Below are positions 1 to 10,668 of a stretch of 64,000 nucleotides of DNA, piece by piece. This DNA is from Phaeosaccion multiseriatum (lineage: Eukaryota; Protista; Ochrophyta, other classes). The DNA lies in NCBI GenBank assembly GCA_965112735.1, contig OZ218958.1:2914001-2978000 (forward strand). Direction: 5' to 3'. Each line of letters begins with the position of its first letter. Positions within the stretch are counted from its first letter, which is position 1. Both the position numbers and the translations under genes were made by a program. The notes under the pieces were generated by a model, which had not been told where the DNA came from, ran no database searches, and saw only the letters and a list, made by a program, of their open reading frames with translations.

Positions 1-1
1 T

Positions 2-364
2 GTCCTCGTAGGTCATAGCACCGGAGCGGCCTGCGCCATGCGACTCTTGGAAGGTGAACACAACCTACTCGGCGCTGTGCTCGTGGCGGCCACTCACACT
101 GATGGGGGGATCGAGGCGGAGGCTAGAAGCGAGTACTTTAATCGCCCGTGGGATTGGGAGAAGATGAAGGGAGGGGCCAAACACATCGTCTGCTTTCACG
201 GCACTGATGATCCGCTCATTCCAGTGGCCGATGCTCGGCATGTGGCCTCCAAGCTCCGTGGGGACAACTTTGAGTACGTGGAGCTGCCCAAGGCGTCGCA
301 CTTTTTCGAGCCCTGGCAGGAAATCCTGGACCAAATGGATGAAAAGTTTGGGAGAAACAGATAG
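2..364 (+). CDS. RBBP9/YdeN-family alpha/beta serine hydrolase, 3' part (5' end outside window)
   Basis: The frame is open from base 2 and reads VLVGHSTGAACAMRLLE (GxSxG nucleophile elbow), then SEYFNRPWDWEKM, FHGTDDPLIP (catalytic Asp) and ASHF (catalytic His). Stop TAG at 362-364. Confidence 0.85.
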   Translation, partial: VLVGHSTGAACAMRLLEGEHNLLGAVLVAATHTDGGIEAEARSEYFNRPWDWEKMKGGAKHIVCFHGTDDPLIPVADARHVASKLRGDNFEYVELPKASHFFEPWQEILDQMDEKFGRNR

Positions 365-1652
365 GAAAAGTCTGAACAATACGTACTGCTTAGGAGTGAG
401 GGCCTGCCCTGTGGATGAGACAACCCAAACCTCGTGAGGAGCTTGTGTCGTATGCTATGTGGCGGCATGCGGGCCGTTGAACGAGAGGGGCAGGTCGATT
501 GCTTCAATGGGGCAGAAGAGAGAGAGAGAGAGGTAAGATGCAAGCCTGAGACTTGCGTCTTTAGTTTTCGTCCGTCCGTACGGTCGCCTTCGCTTCCCCT
601 CCCTCTCCCCTTCCCCTCCCCTCCCTTCCCCCTCAGACCGGTGGCAGAGGGGCAGAGGTGTGAAGGTGGACGATTTCATATTGTGGGTGCTCTTCTTGTC
701 GGTAGATGTGTGCGTCGCCAACCCACCCGCTTCAACAGTGTCAGCTCTACCCCCACGGAGCGGGCAGCAAGCAGAGCTTCCCACTGCGCGAAGAGAGAGA
801 AGAGAGGAGAGACGAGAGAGGAGAGCAGGGCAGGGCAGGAGCAGGCAGCGTCTGCTCTCCAGCCGGGAGCTCAGTCCTGCAGCAGTGAGAGCCGCGGCCA
901 CAGTAGATGGCAGCAGATGGCACATGGGGGGAAGAGGAGGGGGGACTTGCTGCTGATATGATGGTGGAGCAGTCGAGGCCTGTGACTCACGCTTCTGTAC
1001 GTATATACTACGAGAGTACTTGTACTTCGCAGAGAACGATGTAAGTTCATGCCCTGACCCACTGTCGGACTGGCCAGTGAGGAGAACAGCTCTGCTTGAC
1101 TTGAGGGAGTGCGGCGGCAGGGGAGGGAGAAGGGCACCCCCCTTGCATTTTCGAGCAGCGCCTGTACCAAAAGTACATTTGGCCCCGTGTGGACGGGAAG
1201 GCACGGGAAGCCCCTGCTCTTCTTGAGCGTCCCCGCGGCGACCCAAGCACGAAAAGCGCGAGACACGGCACGCCCCTTTCCCCTCACGCAGCGAGCGCAC
1301 CACTCCAGTGCCGCTGTGACGAGCGCGTGACACCCAGAGCAGCCAGCCGAAGAGGAGGGTCCCTGCTTTATTTTTATTTTTATTTTTTTTGGGAGTTAAT
1401 TCACTACGTTTATTTATCCGCTTGCCAGCACACTTGTTGATGTTGCCGGTAGAAAGAGACAAAGGCAGGAGTACAGGGGAGAGATTGGAAAGAGAAACGG
1501 AATGAAGGAACACAACACGTGCACGACATCTCAACATCCGGTACTCCCCCCAGCCCCCGCGCCTGCCCCTGTCCCGCCTTTCGCTATGAAGGAGAGCTCC
1601 CCAGGCAGACAAGAGAGAGACAAGCCGTCAGTCGCCCCTCAGTCGTACTACA

Positions 1653-3761
1653 TCAATAGCCACGGATTACGGCAAGGAAGGGTTCATTTCCTATCTCCTC
1701 AGCTGTCGGCGGTCCTCCACCCCACCTCGAGCGGTTGTCCATGAGGCACCACGTCAGGCGACCGTTGAAGAGGCCTGCACACTCTTCATTAGGGACGAAG
1801 CTTCCAGGCTCCTCGGCGTCCTCGTGCAGTCGTCCATCGGACGGATCTTTGTTGATGAGGGCGAGAATATTGTACGCACATTGGTCGTAGCGCTGGCGAA
1901 ACTGCTCCACAAAGACCAAGTTGCTAACGAGGGCCTTGTTGTTGCCCTTACTTCTCCCGGCAACGTCCACCCGCTTGGAGAGCTGCGCCCGAGTCAGGAA
2001 TCCCACGGGAACACCAAAGTGCTGAGAGAAGGGGCCGCACGTCCAGTGGTTTCGGATCTTACCGAGGAGGCATCGCTGGTTGAGCTCTTCATACACGGCC
2101 TCGGGAATGGACATTTGCACGTGAGTCACCGGAGACATGCCACCCGGGGGCGCAATTTGGCCTTTCGCCTCCACCTGTACGTCTTGCAGGTTGGTAAGCA
2201 TGTCGTACATGTCACCGTACTGTCTGTCCATCTCCGTCTCGGAGGCCTGGGCGGCCCTGTCGTGGTAGACACCCTCCACAGGAAGAGGCGCAATGCACTT
2301 TTCCTCGTGCCCCTTCCCACCCCCTGCCATGAAGTCCCCCATAATGTAGCCAAGGAACTTTGGAAGCGTTTCGCGGAGCTTGATGGGCCGTGCTACACCT
2401 GGCGCAATGTCCGCGTTGACTTCCCTGCGGACATGGTAGTGGTAGCGCTGCAACCAGGATGTTCCCATGTCTTGCCAATTCATGGCCTCGTGATTTTTGG
2501 TCAGTTTCTTGCATAGAGTGACGCTGTTCTCGGTGGAAAAGTCTTCGGGCTTGGTGGCAAGAATAATGTAGTCCGCGTCCAGCAGCATGTTTCGGTTCAG
2601 AATCTGCAGGCTGGGGTTGAGGTCGTAGAACATTATATCGGCTTCCACGGCCGCGGCAATGGTGCGACAGACCTTCTGCACCGCGGTAATGAACAGAGGC
2701 GCACTGGGGTTGCTCGTCGGAGCCACGTCTGCTTGACCTACGCGATCGGCAACGTCTTGAAACAAGTCGCCACCCACGGTGATCCACATCTTGCCCGCGT
2801 TTCGCAGTCCGGGAATGTTCTCCATGTCTACTTCCTCGGGGATGACGCAGTGGACAAATGTTTCCACCGACAGAGGAGTCAGCGCTTCCTGAGCAGTGCG
2901 AACGAGCCTCATCTTTCGAGGGTGGCCCTCCGGCAGATTGAACTGCTCCTGGATACCATAGTCCCTCACCCATCTGGCAGTCTCCTCATCAGTTATGGGC
3001 CGCTTCATAAAGTTGAGGAAGCCTTTTTGGCTCTCGGGGAGTGGGTCGTCTAGTCCATTCTCAGCCCTCCAAGCTTGGAGATTCGCGGCCTCCCAACCCC
3101 GCACCTTGCTCTTAAGCATCGTCCTGGCGGCGTCGCACTGACTGTCCAAATCATTGACCAAGACGGTCAAGCCTCGCATCTTGCACATACTGAAGCTCAA
3201 TGCCCATGTATGGGTGGTCTTGAGGACCCCTCCCTTGGCGTTGAAGATCGCGAGGGCCACAGTCTCCTTCTCGTTTGTGACTTCATTCCGGAGGAAGTTC
3301 TCTGGCTTATCTGGCCTTTCATCCTTCGGCTGTGGATCTTCCTCATCTTCCCCCCCCCCCCCCCTTTCTCCATCCCCCTCGTCACTACTCTCACCGTCGC
3401 AATCTTCCATCAGAATCTCATCCAAGTATTCAGATGTGTCATTGTAATTGGGCCCCCTTTTACATCGTCGATCATGCGAGTCCCGCGTTCGGCCGCCCCC
3501 CGCCTCATCCCTCTCCTCCTCCCCCTCCTCCTCCTCCTCCTCCTCCCGCCCCTCCACCTCATCCAACAATATCAGCTCCTGAGACTGCGTGTCCTCCTCC
3601 GTCAGAGCCTCCTCTTCTTCCTCCTCCTCCGTCTCCTCCTCGTACTCAACTGGCCCCTCCATCTCCTGCGTGTCGCACCCGGGCTCCCATTCGGAGTTAT
3701 CGGGGTCGTCATCGTCCTCCTCCGCCCCCCTCTTTCGCTTCCCTTTGCCTTTCCGGCCCAT
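1653..3761 (-). CDS. ParA/Soj (MinD/ParA superfamily) P-loop ATPase with basic NLS-like and acidic N-terminal extension; single exon, 702 aa
   Basis: Deviant Walker A AIFNAKGGVLKTT, A' motif VLVNDLDSQCD, B motif MFYDLNPSLQILNRNMLLDADYII..KPEDFS, and C-terminal PKFLGYIM and SQHFGVPVGFL segments. The N-terminus is MGRKGKGKRKRG followed by ~140 aa rich in E/D. Confidence 0.8.
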   Translation of the reverse strand: MGRKGKGKRKRGAEEDDDDPDNSEWEPGCDTQEMEGPVEYEEETEEEEEEEALTEEDTQSQELILLDEVEGREEEEEEEGEEERDEAGGGRTRDSHDRRCKRGPNYNDTSEYLDEILMEDCDGESSDEGDGERGGGGEDEEDPQPKDERPDKPENFLRNEVTNEKETVALAIFNAKGGVLKTTHTWALSFSMCKMRGLTVLVNDLDSQCDAARTMLKSKVRGWEAANLQAWRAENGLDDPLPESQKGFLNFMKRPITDEETARWVRDYGIQEQFNLPEGHPRKMRLVRTAQEALTPLSVETFVHCVIPEEVDMENIPGLRNAGKMWITVGGDLFQDVADRVGQADVAPTSNPSAPLFITAVQKVCRTIAAAVEADIMFYDLNPSLQILNRNMLLDADYIILATKPEDFSTENSVTLCKKLTKNHEAMNWQDMGTSWLQRYHYHVRREVNADIAPGVARPIKLRETLPKFLGYIMGDFMAGGGKGHEEKCIAPLPVEGVYHDRAAQASETEMDRQYGDMYDMLTNLQDVQVEAKGQIAPPGGMSPVTHVQMSIPEAVYEELNQRCLLGKIRNHWTCGPFSQHFGVPVGFLTRAQLSKRVDVAGRSKGNNKALVSNLVFVEQFRQRYDQCAYNILALINKDPSDGRLHEDAEEPGSFVPNEECAGLFNGRLTWCLMDNRSRWGGGPPTAEEIGNEPFLAVIRGY

Positions 3762-3908
3762 CTGGGATCGATTGTGATTGACTCATTCCGGGCCTACTGC
3801 CCTGGAGCGAGGCCGAATGCTGCGAAGGATTCGGCCCTGCAGGATGACCGATCCGGCGAGTAAGAAAAAAGAAAAAACGTTGCTTTTCTGTAACGTTTTT
3901 TTGCGTGT

Positions 3909-4202
3909 TTTGATGTGTGGGTCGATCTCAAGCCGATCCAAACAGGCTCGAGCTCTCCTCCATGCAGCTCGATGACGGCTTCGTTCTCGTGGTCGTCGTT
4001 GATGGACACGACGTATCCTCCACTGGCCGCGCACACGGCCTGCGCATCACTGTATGGGAGCGGCGTTGGCACGTATGCGTACTACTACTACTACTACTAG
4101 TACTCCGACAAAGGGAAGCTTATAAGGAAATTGGGGAAATGGAGGAGGGGGGAAGGAGATTAGCAGCCCCAGCGCCACCAGCATCATGCATGAGAGCTTC
4201 AT
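3909..4202 (-). pseudogene. Inverted, truncated copy of the adjacent secreted C-type lectin gene
   Basis: The reverse complement of ~4160-4208 matches the signal-peptide region (MKLSCMMLVALGLL) at ~4722-4770, and ~3909-4108 matches the lectin region at ~4864-5048. It has a frameshift, an inserted (TAG)6 tract and a truncation after WIGLRSTH. Confidence 0.85.
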
Positions 4203-4604
4203 GGTGCCATCGCCTTGTTGAGATCACTCCCTGTTCTTGCTTCGTAATGAAAAGGGAGTGGTGGGGATTGCTGAGGCAGATCACTCCAAAAAGAAAAGGG
4301 AATGGGGATGTTTTTTAAGGCGAGCTTTGACAAAAATAATACAATTGAAGACGACAACCTGGACGTTGCAGGGGTGCCGGAGCTGAAAGGGGGTTAAAGA
4401 AACGGGCTTGCATCGGGAGTCTCGGGTGATCACGCATTCTTTTTTTTCCTTCCTTGTTGTAGAGTATCACAACAAATTGAAGGGTGGATATGGTCACGGC
4501 ACAAACATGAAAGGAAGAGAAGGAGTTGGGAGCAGGATGACTGCACAAGCAACAATAGCCCTCTCCACCCCCCTTTCCCACAAACAAGACAGCAAGAGTG
4601 ACAC

Positions 4605-4700
4605 AAGAACAAGAAGAAGAAGAAGAAGAAGAAGAAGAAGAAGAAGAAGAAGAAGAAGAAGAAGAAGAAGAAGAAGAAGAAGAACAAGAAGAACAAGAAG
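4605..4700. repeat. (GAA)n microsatellite immediately upstream of the ATG; also present in the paralog at 7741-7809
   Basis: Direct reading of the sequence. Confidence 0.95.
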
Positions 4701-4729
4701 GGAAAGAAGAAGGTGAAGCAAGGCACACC

Positions 4730-6362
4730 ATGAAGCTCTCATGCATGATGCTGGTGGCGCTGGGGCTGCTGGTCGGAAAGCTTGAAGCCCAGGAAGCTGA
4801 CGATCCACCAAAACCAATTGCACCACCTCCGCTATCTCCACAATACTCCTTAAGCTTCTCTGGGTCGGAGTACGCACACGTGCCAGCGTGGCTCCCATAT
4901 GATGAGGCGCAGGCCGTGTGCGTGGCCAGTGGAGGATACGTCGTGTCCATCAATGACGACCACGAGAACGAAGCCGTCATCGAGTGGCTTGGAGGAGTGG
5001 TGCAGATCTTCCAACCTGTTTGGATCGGCTTTAGATCGACCCACATCAACTCCCGCAGATACTCTTATGGGTGGGACGACGGCACGAGCTTTATCAGTGG
5101 CACCAGCTTCTACACTGCTTGGGCCCCTGGCGGGCCCAGGGATGAGGATGGCCGTATTGAGAGCTGCACCGTGTACTCGGCGGATTTGGGAGGGTGGAAC
5201 GACGCCAAATGTGATGAGTCTTGGACCTTCGTGTGCGAGCGTCCTACACGTACGTGGCTGATGGGAACCTTTGCTCCAACACCGAGAAGGACCTCGCTTG
5301 TCCTTGCTCCCGCACCTGTCGCTGTCTTGCGGCTGTCGGTACTCCTCGTTATGGCTTGTTCCTCAATCTCTCTTCCAACCCTCCTCCCAACCACTCATTC
5401 TGACAGATTCGACGATTGAAACAGACCTCTTCCCGTGCTGCCGCGAGGAAATGGTGGGCGGAGTCCCTCGAGCCTGCTACGTCGACGAGACCTGCCTCAA
5501 CAGCCCTCCGGGTATCTTCGGTGGACTCGGCTGCAACGCGGACGGAACGGCCAACTGTCGCTTCTGCGGCTGGGGCCCCTACGCCGAAGACATCGCGTGT
5601 CCTCAGGGCCAGGGTGTCCCTCCCACCCCCACCCCCACCCCTGCTCCCGTGAAGTACACCCCTCCTCCTGCCCCGGAGGTGGACTTCTTCCCGTGCTGCC
5701 GCGAGGAAATGTTTGGCGGAGTGCCTCGAGCCTGCTACGTCGACGAGACCTGCCTCGAACCTCTTCGCGGCTTCTTCAGTGGACGCGGCTGCAATGCAGA
5801 TGGAAATGCCAACTGTCGCTTCTGCGGCTGGGGCCCCTACGCCGAAGGCATCCCGTGTCCTCAGGGCCAGGGTGTCCCTCCCACCCCAACCCCCACCCCT
5901 GCTCCCGTGAAGTACACCCCTCCTCCTGTCCCGGAGGTGGACTTCTTCCCGTGCTGCCGCGAGGAAATGGTGGGCGGAGTGCCTCGAGCCTGCTACGTCG
6001 ACGAGACCTGCCTCAACAGCCCTCCCGGCATCTTCGGTGGACTCGGCTGCAACGCGGACGGAACGGCCAACTGTCGCTTCTGCGGTTGGGGCCCCTACGC
6101 CGAAGACATCAAGTGTCCTCAGGGTCATGGTGGCCCCACCCCCGCCCCGGCTCCGACGCCCGCCCCCGTCTACTATCCTCCCCCCACCATTGAGCCGACC
6201 CCTGCTCCCGTGACGTACACCCCTCCTCCGGTTCCGGGGGTGGACTGCGCCAAGCTGGGGTGGCCGGGCAGCTGCGGCGCCTTCACCGACGAAGCCTCGT
6301 GCAACTGCTGGGTCAAGTCCGTCTTCGGGTGCTCTTGGTCGCACGGCAGGTGCAAGCACTGA
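4730..6362 (+). CDS. Secreted protein: signal peptide, C-type lectin-like domain, three 8-Cys repeats with PTPAP linkers and a 6-Cys C-terminal module (exons 4730-5249, 5407-6362)
   Basis: MKLSCMMLVALGLLVGKLEA signal peptide. CTLD motifs AQAVC..GGYVVSI..EN, WIGF, WND.KC, FVCE. A GT-AG intron at 5250-5406 joins the two ORFs in matching phase 1. The repeat FPCCREEMVGGVPRACYVDETC..GGLGCNADGTANCRFCGWGPY..CP has a 258-bp period. Confidence 0.85.
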
Positions 6363-6998
6363 ATGTGGCCCGAGCAGACCCGTCCTTTGGGGTAGCGGCA
6401 CGCAGCAGCCCCCTGTCAGCAGCAGCTTCTACATGGTCAGCATCAGGACAACACGACGGCGGGTATTTGTGGGACGGTGTGGGTGCGTGCGTGCGTGCGT
6501 GCGTGCGTGTGTTAAGATAGACCTATATAAGATTTCTTTTACCCGTACGCCTCCAAATGTGCCAAAATGCTGCACGCTCAGCGCTCTAACCATATGCCTC
6601 TACGATTTTCCTCCGGAACGGCTCCCCACTGCCTTCTCCTGTAGTACAGGCTCCCCGGTACCTCGTCCAGCACGCTGGGCGCCCCCTTCGTGCGGGAGAA
6701 TCCGCTTGAAGATGACTTTTCACCCGCTTGCACTTTCTGGCCAGCACACACGCTGTGCTTTGTATGCTTCTCTGTCACGCCCATCAATTCTCTTCGTCTG
6801 TCTTCTCTCCTACAGCCACCTCTTCTCCTTCCCCTCCTCTATCTTCTCTCCTGCAGACTTCGAGTCTTTCGCCTTCCCACCCATTTCCTCCACGCGGCAG
6901 CCGATTTCCCGCATGGATTACCTGCAGGCCCACCCACTCAAGTCCGGAGACGCATCGCAGCCAGACCGTTATCTGGAGACGCATCGCAGCCAGACTAA

Positions 6999-7096
6999 CC
7001 TCCTCCTCCTCCTCCTCCTCCTCCTCCTCCTCCTCCTCCTCCTCCTCCTCCTCCTCCTCCTCCTCCTCCTCCTCCTCCTTCTCCTCCTCCTCCTCC
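6999..7096. repeat. (CCT)n microsatellite
   Basis: Direct reading. Confidence 0.95.
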
Positions 7097-7364
7097 CACA
7101 TCCTGCACTCGCCATCTGTGAGTCCCTCCTACTTTTGCTCCTCCTGCCTCCCCTCCCCTTTTCACCTTCCTATCCTCCACTCTCCCTTCTCCCACTTCTT
7201 GCCAACTCCAACTTTCTTCTCGCCTCCTCCTCCCTGCCGAGGGCGCAGCCCGAAGCACCACCTTGTATTTGTGTCGTTCCCGCCCAATTCTTTCATTTTC
7301 CCCTTCCGAAGTCAACAACAAAAAAGAAGCGGCCCATTAAACAGGCATTTATACAAAAGATACA

Positions 7365-7660
7365 GAAAACATGGAGTTGTGATGCGGGAAGAAATCTCTC
7401 TCATGGATCACGAGCATGTAGCTAGGGGGTTATGGTCACGGTACAGGCACTATGCTAAAGAAGAAAACATGGAGTTGTGATGCGGGAAGACATTTCTCTC
7501 ATGGATCACGAGCATGTAGTTAGGGGTTTATGGTCACGGCACAGGCACTATGAAAAAGGAAGAGAAAACATGGAGTTGTGATGCGGGAAGACATCTCTCA
7601 TGGATCACGAGCATGTAGGGGTTATGGTCACGGAGAGAACATGGAGTTGTGATGCGGGAT
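7365..7660. repeat. ~98-101 bp tandem repeat (about 3 copies plus a partial) upstream of the second Cys-repeat gene
   Basis: The unit gaaaacatggagttgtgatgcgggaaga..catggatcacgagcatgtag..ggggttatggtcacgg recurs at ~7365, 7463, 7564 and 7635. Confidence 0.9.
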
Positions 7661-7816
7661 GACTGCACAAGCAACAAAATCCCTCTCCACCCCCCTTTCC
7701 CACAAACAAAAGACAGCAAGAGTGACACAACAACAACAACAAGAAGAAGAAGAAGAAGAAGAAGAAGAAGAAGAAGAAGAAGAAGAAGAAGAAGAAGAAG
7801 AAGAAGAAGGCACACC

Positions 7817-8632
7817 ATGAAGCTCTCATGCATGATGCTGTCGGCACTGGGGCTGCTGGTTGGACAGCTTGAAGCTGGCCGTGCAACACCACTTGAGCCA
7901 GACCTCTTCCCGTGCTGCCGCGAGGAAATGGTGGGCGGAGTGCCTCGAGCCTGCTACGTCGACGAGACCTGCCTCCACACCCCTCCGGGTATCTTCGGTG
8001 GACTCGGCTGCAACGCGGACGGAACGGCCAACTGTCGCTTCTGCGGTTGGGGGCCCTACGCCGAAGACATCAAGTGTCCTCAACCCCCCCCCCCTCCCAC
8101 CCCTGCCCCGGTTCCGACGCCTGCCCCCGTGCACTATTATCCTCATCCCACCATTGAGCCAACCCCTGCTCCCGTGTACTACACCCCTCCTCCGGTTCCG
8201 GGGGTGGACTTCTTCCCGTGCTGCCGCGAGGAAATGGTGGGCGGAGTGCCTCGAGCCTGCTACGTCGACGAGACCTGCCTCAACACCCCTCCGGGTATCT
8301 TCGGTGGACTCGGCTGCAACGCGGACGGAACGGCCAACTGTCGCTTCTGCGGTTGGGGGCCCTACGCCGAAGACATCAAGTGTCCTCACACCCCCCCCCC
8401 TCCCACCCCTGCCCCGGTTCCGACGCCTGCCCCCGTGCACTACTATCCTCACCCCACCATTGAGCCGACCCCTGCTCCCGTGTACTACACCCCTCCTCCG
8501 GTTCCGGGGGTGGACTGCACCAAGCTGGGGTGGCCGGGCAGCTGCGGCGCCTTCACCGACGAAGCCTCGTGCAACTGCTGGGTCAAGTCCGTCTTCGGGT
8601 GCTCTTGGTCGCACGGCAGGTGCAAGCACTGA
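7817..8632 (+). CDS. Secreted Cys-rich-repeat protein, paralog of 4730-6362 lacking the lectin domain (two 8-Cys repeats plus 6-Cys C-terminal module)
   Basis: Same signal peptide (MKLSCMMLSALGLLVGQLEA), near-perfect 306-bp internal duplication, near-identical C-terminus and shared 5' and 3' flanks with the first gene. Confidence 0.88.
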   Translation: MKLSCMMLSALGLLVGQLEAGRATPLEPDLFPCCREEMVGGVPRACYVDETCLHTPPGIFGGLGCNADGTANCRFCGWGPYAEDIKCPQPPPPPTPAPVPTPAPVHYYPHPTIEPTPAPVYYTPPPVPGVDFFPCCREEMVGGVPRACYVDETCLNTPPGIFGGLGCNADGTANCRFCGWGPYAEDIKCPHTPPPPTPAPVPTPAPVHYYPHPTIEPTPAPVYYTPPPVPGVDCTKLGWPGSCGAFTDEASCNCWVKSVFGCSWSHGRCKH

Positions 8633-10262
8633 ATGTGGCCCGAGCAGACCCGTCCTTTGGTGTAGCGGCACGCAGCAGCCCCCTGTCAGCAGCAGCTTCT
8701 ACATGGGCAACATCAGGACAACACGACGGCGGGTCTTTGTGGGACGGTGTGGGTGCGTGCGTGCGTGTGTGCGTGCGCGTGCCCCTCCAACTGACCTGGC
8801 CTGGCAACTGGGTGGTTCAGTGAGACAATCGTAGTTAGGTGTAGCAATTATTATAGCTCTTTTGTTCTTCGGCGGAAGGAGTTGGTGTAACCTTCCGTGA
8901 CATACTTTGTAGTTAGGGGCGCCAGCTGTGAAGACAGCTTTATACTCATGTAGTAGAGCAAGTGCGCTTCGCCCCCGTGTTGAAACAGGGAGGGCCGTAC
9001 ATTAGTTGACAAGTTGTAAAGTAATGGATAGTTAGCCTTCTTGTACTCTGTGTGCTTTCTGTTGCTTTCCATGACTGCTGCCGGGAGAAAGGTGCTGTCC
9101 ATTGAAGACTCAGTCGGCAGGCAGCAGGACACCCCAGGCTCAAGCAAGCTCCACACATGACCACCCACTCCTCCGGTGTATGTCGGGGCCGCGGTTTTGG
9201 CTGGCGAGTCAGTAGTGAGGGGGAGAGTAAGTACGTCAGCAGTGCTGAGAGCGGGAGGGAGGGAGGGAGGGAGGGAGGGCGTTCGTTCTGTGGGATGGAG
9301 AGGATCGCCCACAGCCGAACAGGGCTCATGGGGGAGGAGTATATGAAGCAAAGTGGCGAGGGGAGAGGGAGCGTACCATCTCTTCCCCCAAATCGGTCAC
9401 CACTCACCCACAGGCCCAACACTCGCCCTTCATACCAACTTGCATCTATCACGCCTCGTTGTGACTCTCTCTCTGTGCGCCTGCTGGGGTTGTGGCGGCT
9501 TGAGCAGTGCGTCTTGATTCATTCCAGCCACCAACAAAGACATGTTCGGAGTTGCGGGGAGGGGGCATGCGATAGTGTCCTCACTGCCATATGAGGCAGA
9601 TTTCTGTTAACTCTATTTCGCGCCGGTCCGAGCCGTTTGTAACCATCTACTGCTCCACTGCCGCAGCACTGAGGCAAGGAACAGACTGCTCTTTCTTCCT
9701 TCGGTTCTGATTCTGTTCATCATCTCCTCTTTCTCTTGCCGCCTCCTCCCCCCGCGTTCTTCCTTTTCCCTTTTCGACCTCCCCCGCCCCTGGAGTTTCC
9801 TTCTGTGGCACGCACGCCGGCACACACGCACGGGAAGGGATGGAGAAGGGCGGGCGAGTGAGAAGAGGGGTAGGGAGGGGCCCTTTTACAGCTCCTCATC
9901 GCGAGGGGAGGGAGCGAGAGAGAGGAGACGGAGAGAGAGACAGGGAGGGAGGGACGAACGAGACAGAGGAACGACGCAGAGATAGAGAGGGGGCGGGAGG
10001 GGGCGAGAGAACGGAGAGGGGGAACAGAGATAAGAGCCCCTCTCTGCCATTCCCTCTACGTGTGTTTGCATCTCCTTACGATCGCGTAACGCACCTGCTG
10101 ATAAGAGCTCGGGGGGGGTCGGCTGTGCCATCTTGGCGGCTTCCTCGTCGGCCTTCGCTTTCTCCTCCGTACGTTGCTACAACCACACACAAACGCGCGC
10201 GCACACGTACACACACATACACACCCCCATGCATACATACACATACACAAATACAACACATG

Positions 10263-10302
<40 letters not shown>

Positions 10303-10504
10303 CGTTGGTAAGTGAAGTACAGGAGTAGCCGAGGAGGTAAGGAGCATGTGCGGGTAAGCAGCACACACACCCACACCAAACGAAGGGGTACCAATTGTGC
10401 GCGTCACTGTTCATACACAAATGGCATGAACATGAGCACCACATCACAAATGACATGCGTATCACCAACACATGCATAACACACACGCGCACGCACACAC
10501 ACAC

Positions 10505-10668
10505 CTTGGGCAGCGGGTTGGCCAGGAACCTCTCCCTCAGCCGCTTGGCCTACGCCTCGTCATACCCCAGCAAAGAGTCTACAAACAAATCCGCATCAAA
10601 GTCTCTTCGATCTTCTCCCCTACACCAATGAGCTTGACGGGCAGGTCGAGGTCACGTGTGATGGACAC
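10505..10668 (-). pseudogene. ftsY: Fragment of SRP receptor FtsY (probably plastid cpFtsY) C-terminus, disrupted
   Basis: Reads VSITRDLDLPVKLIGVGEKIE, a frameshift, then RDFDADLFVDSLLGYDEA* AKRLRERF, matching the SRP-GTPase C-terminal motif (PVKxIGVGEKIEDLRxFDxxxFVxxLL). It ends at a GT donor followed by a (GT)n intron. Confidence 0.75.

Noticed and set aside
434-1612. Several overlapping ORFs between the hydrolase and ParA
   Set aside because: Low complexity, no motifs and no coherent exon structure could be supported.
1824-3863. Plus-strand ORFs overlapping the ParA gene
   Set aside because: Antisense shadows of a GC-rich coding sequence with no recognisable motifs.
4598-4729. Poly-E (and poly-R at 7649-7816) N-terminal extensions in the ORF track
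   Set aside because: They are upstream (GAA)n repeats. The shared ATG with a signal peptide (4730, 7817) is the credible start.
6944-6995. ~21-bp direct repeat ggagacgcatcgcagccagac
   Set aside because: Only two copies, consistent with a local duplication; no element or gene could be tied to it.
5349-8671. Minus-strand 350-aa and 281-aa ORFs
   Set aside because: Antisense to the Cys-repeat genes.
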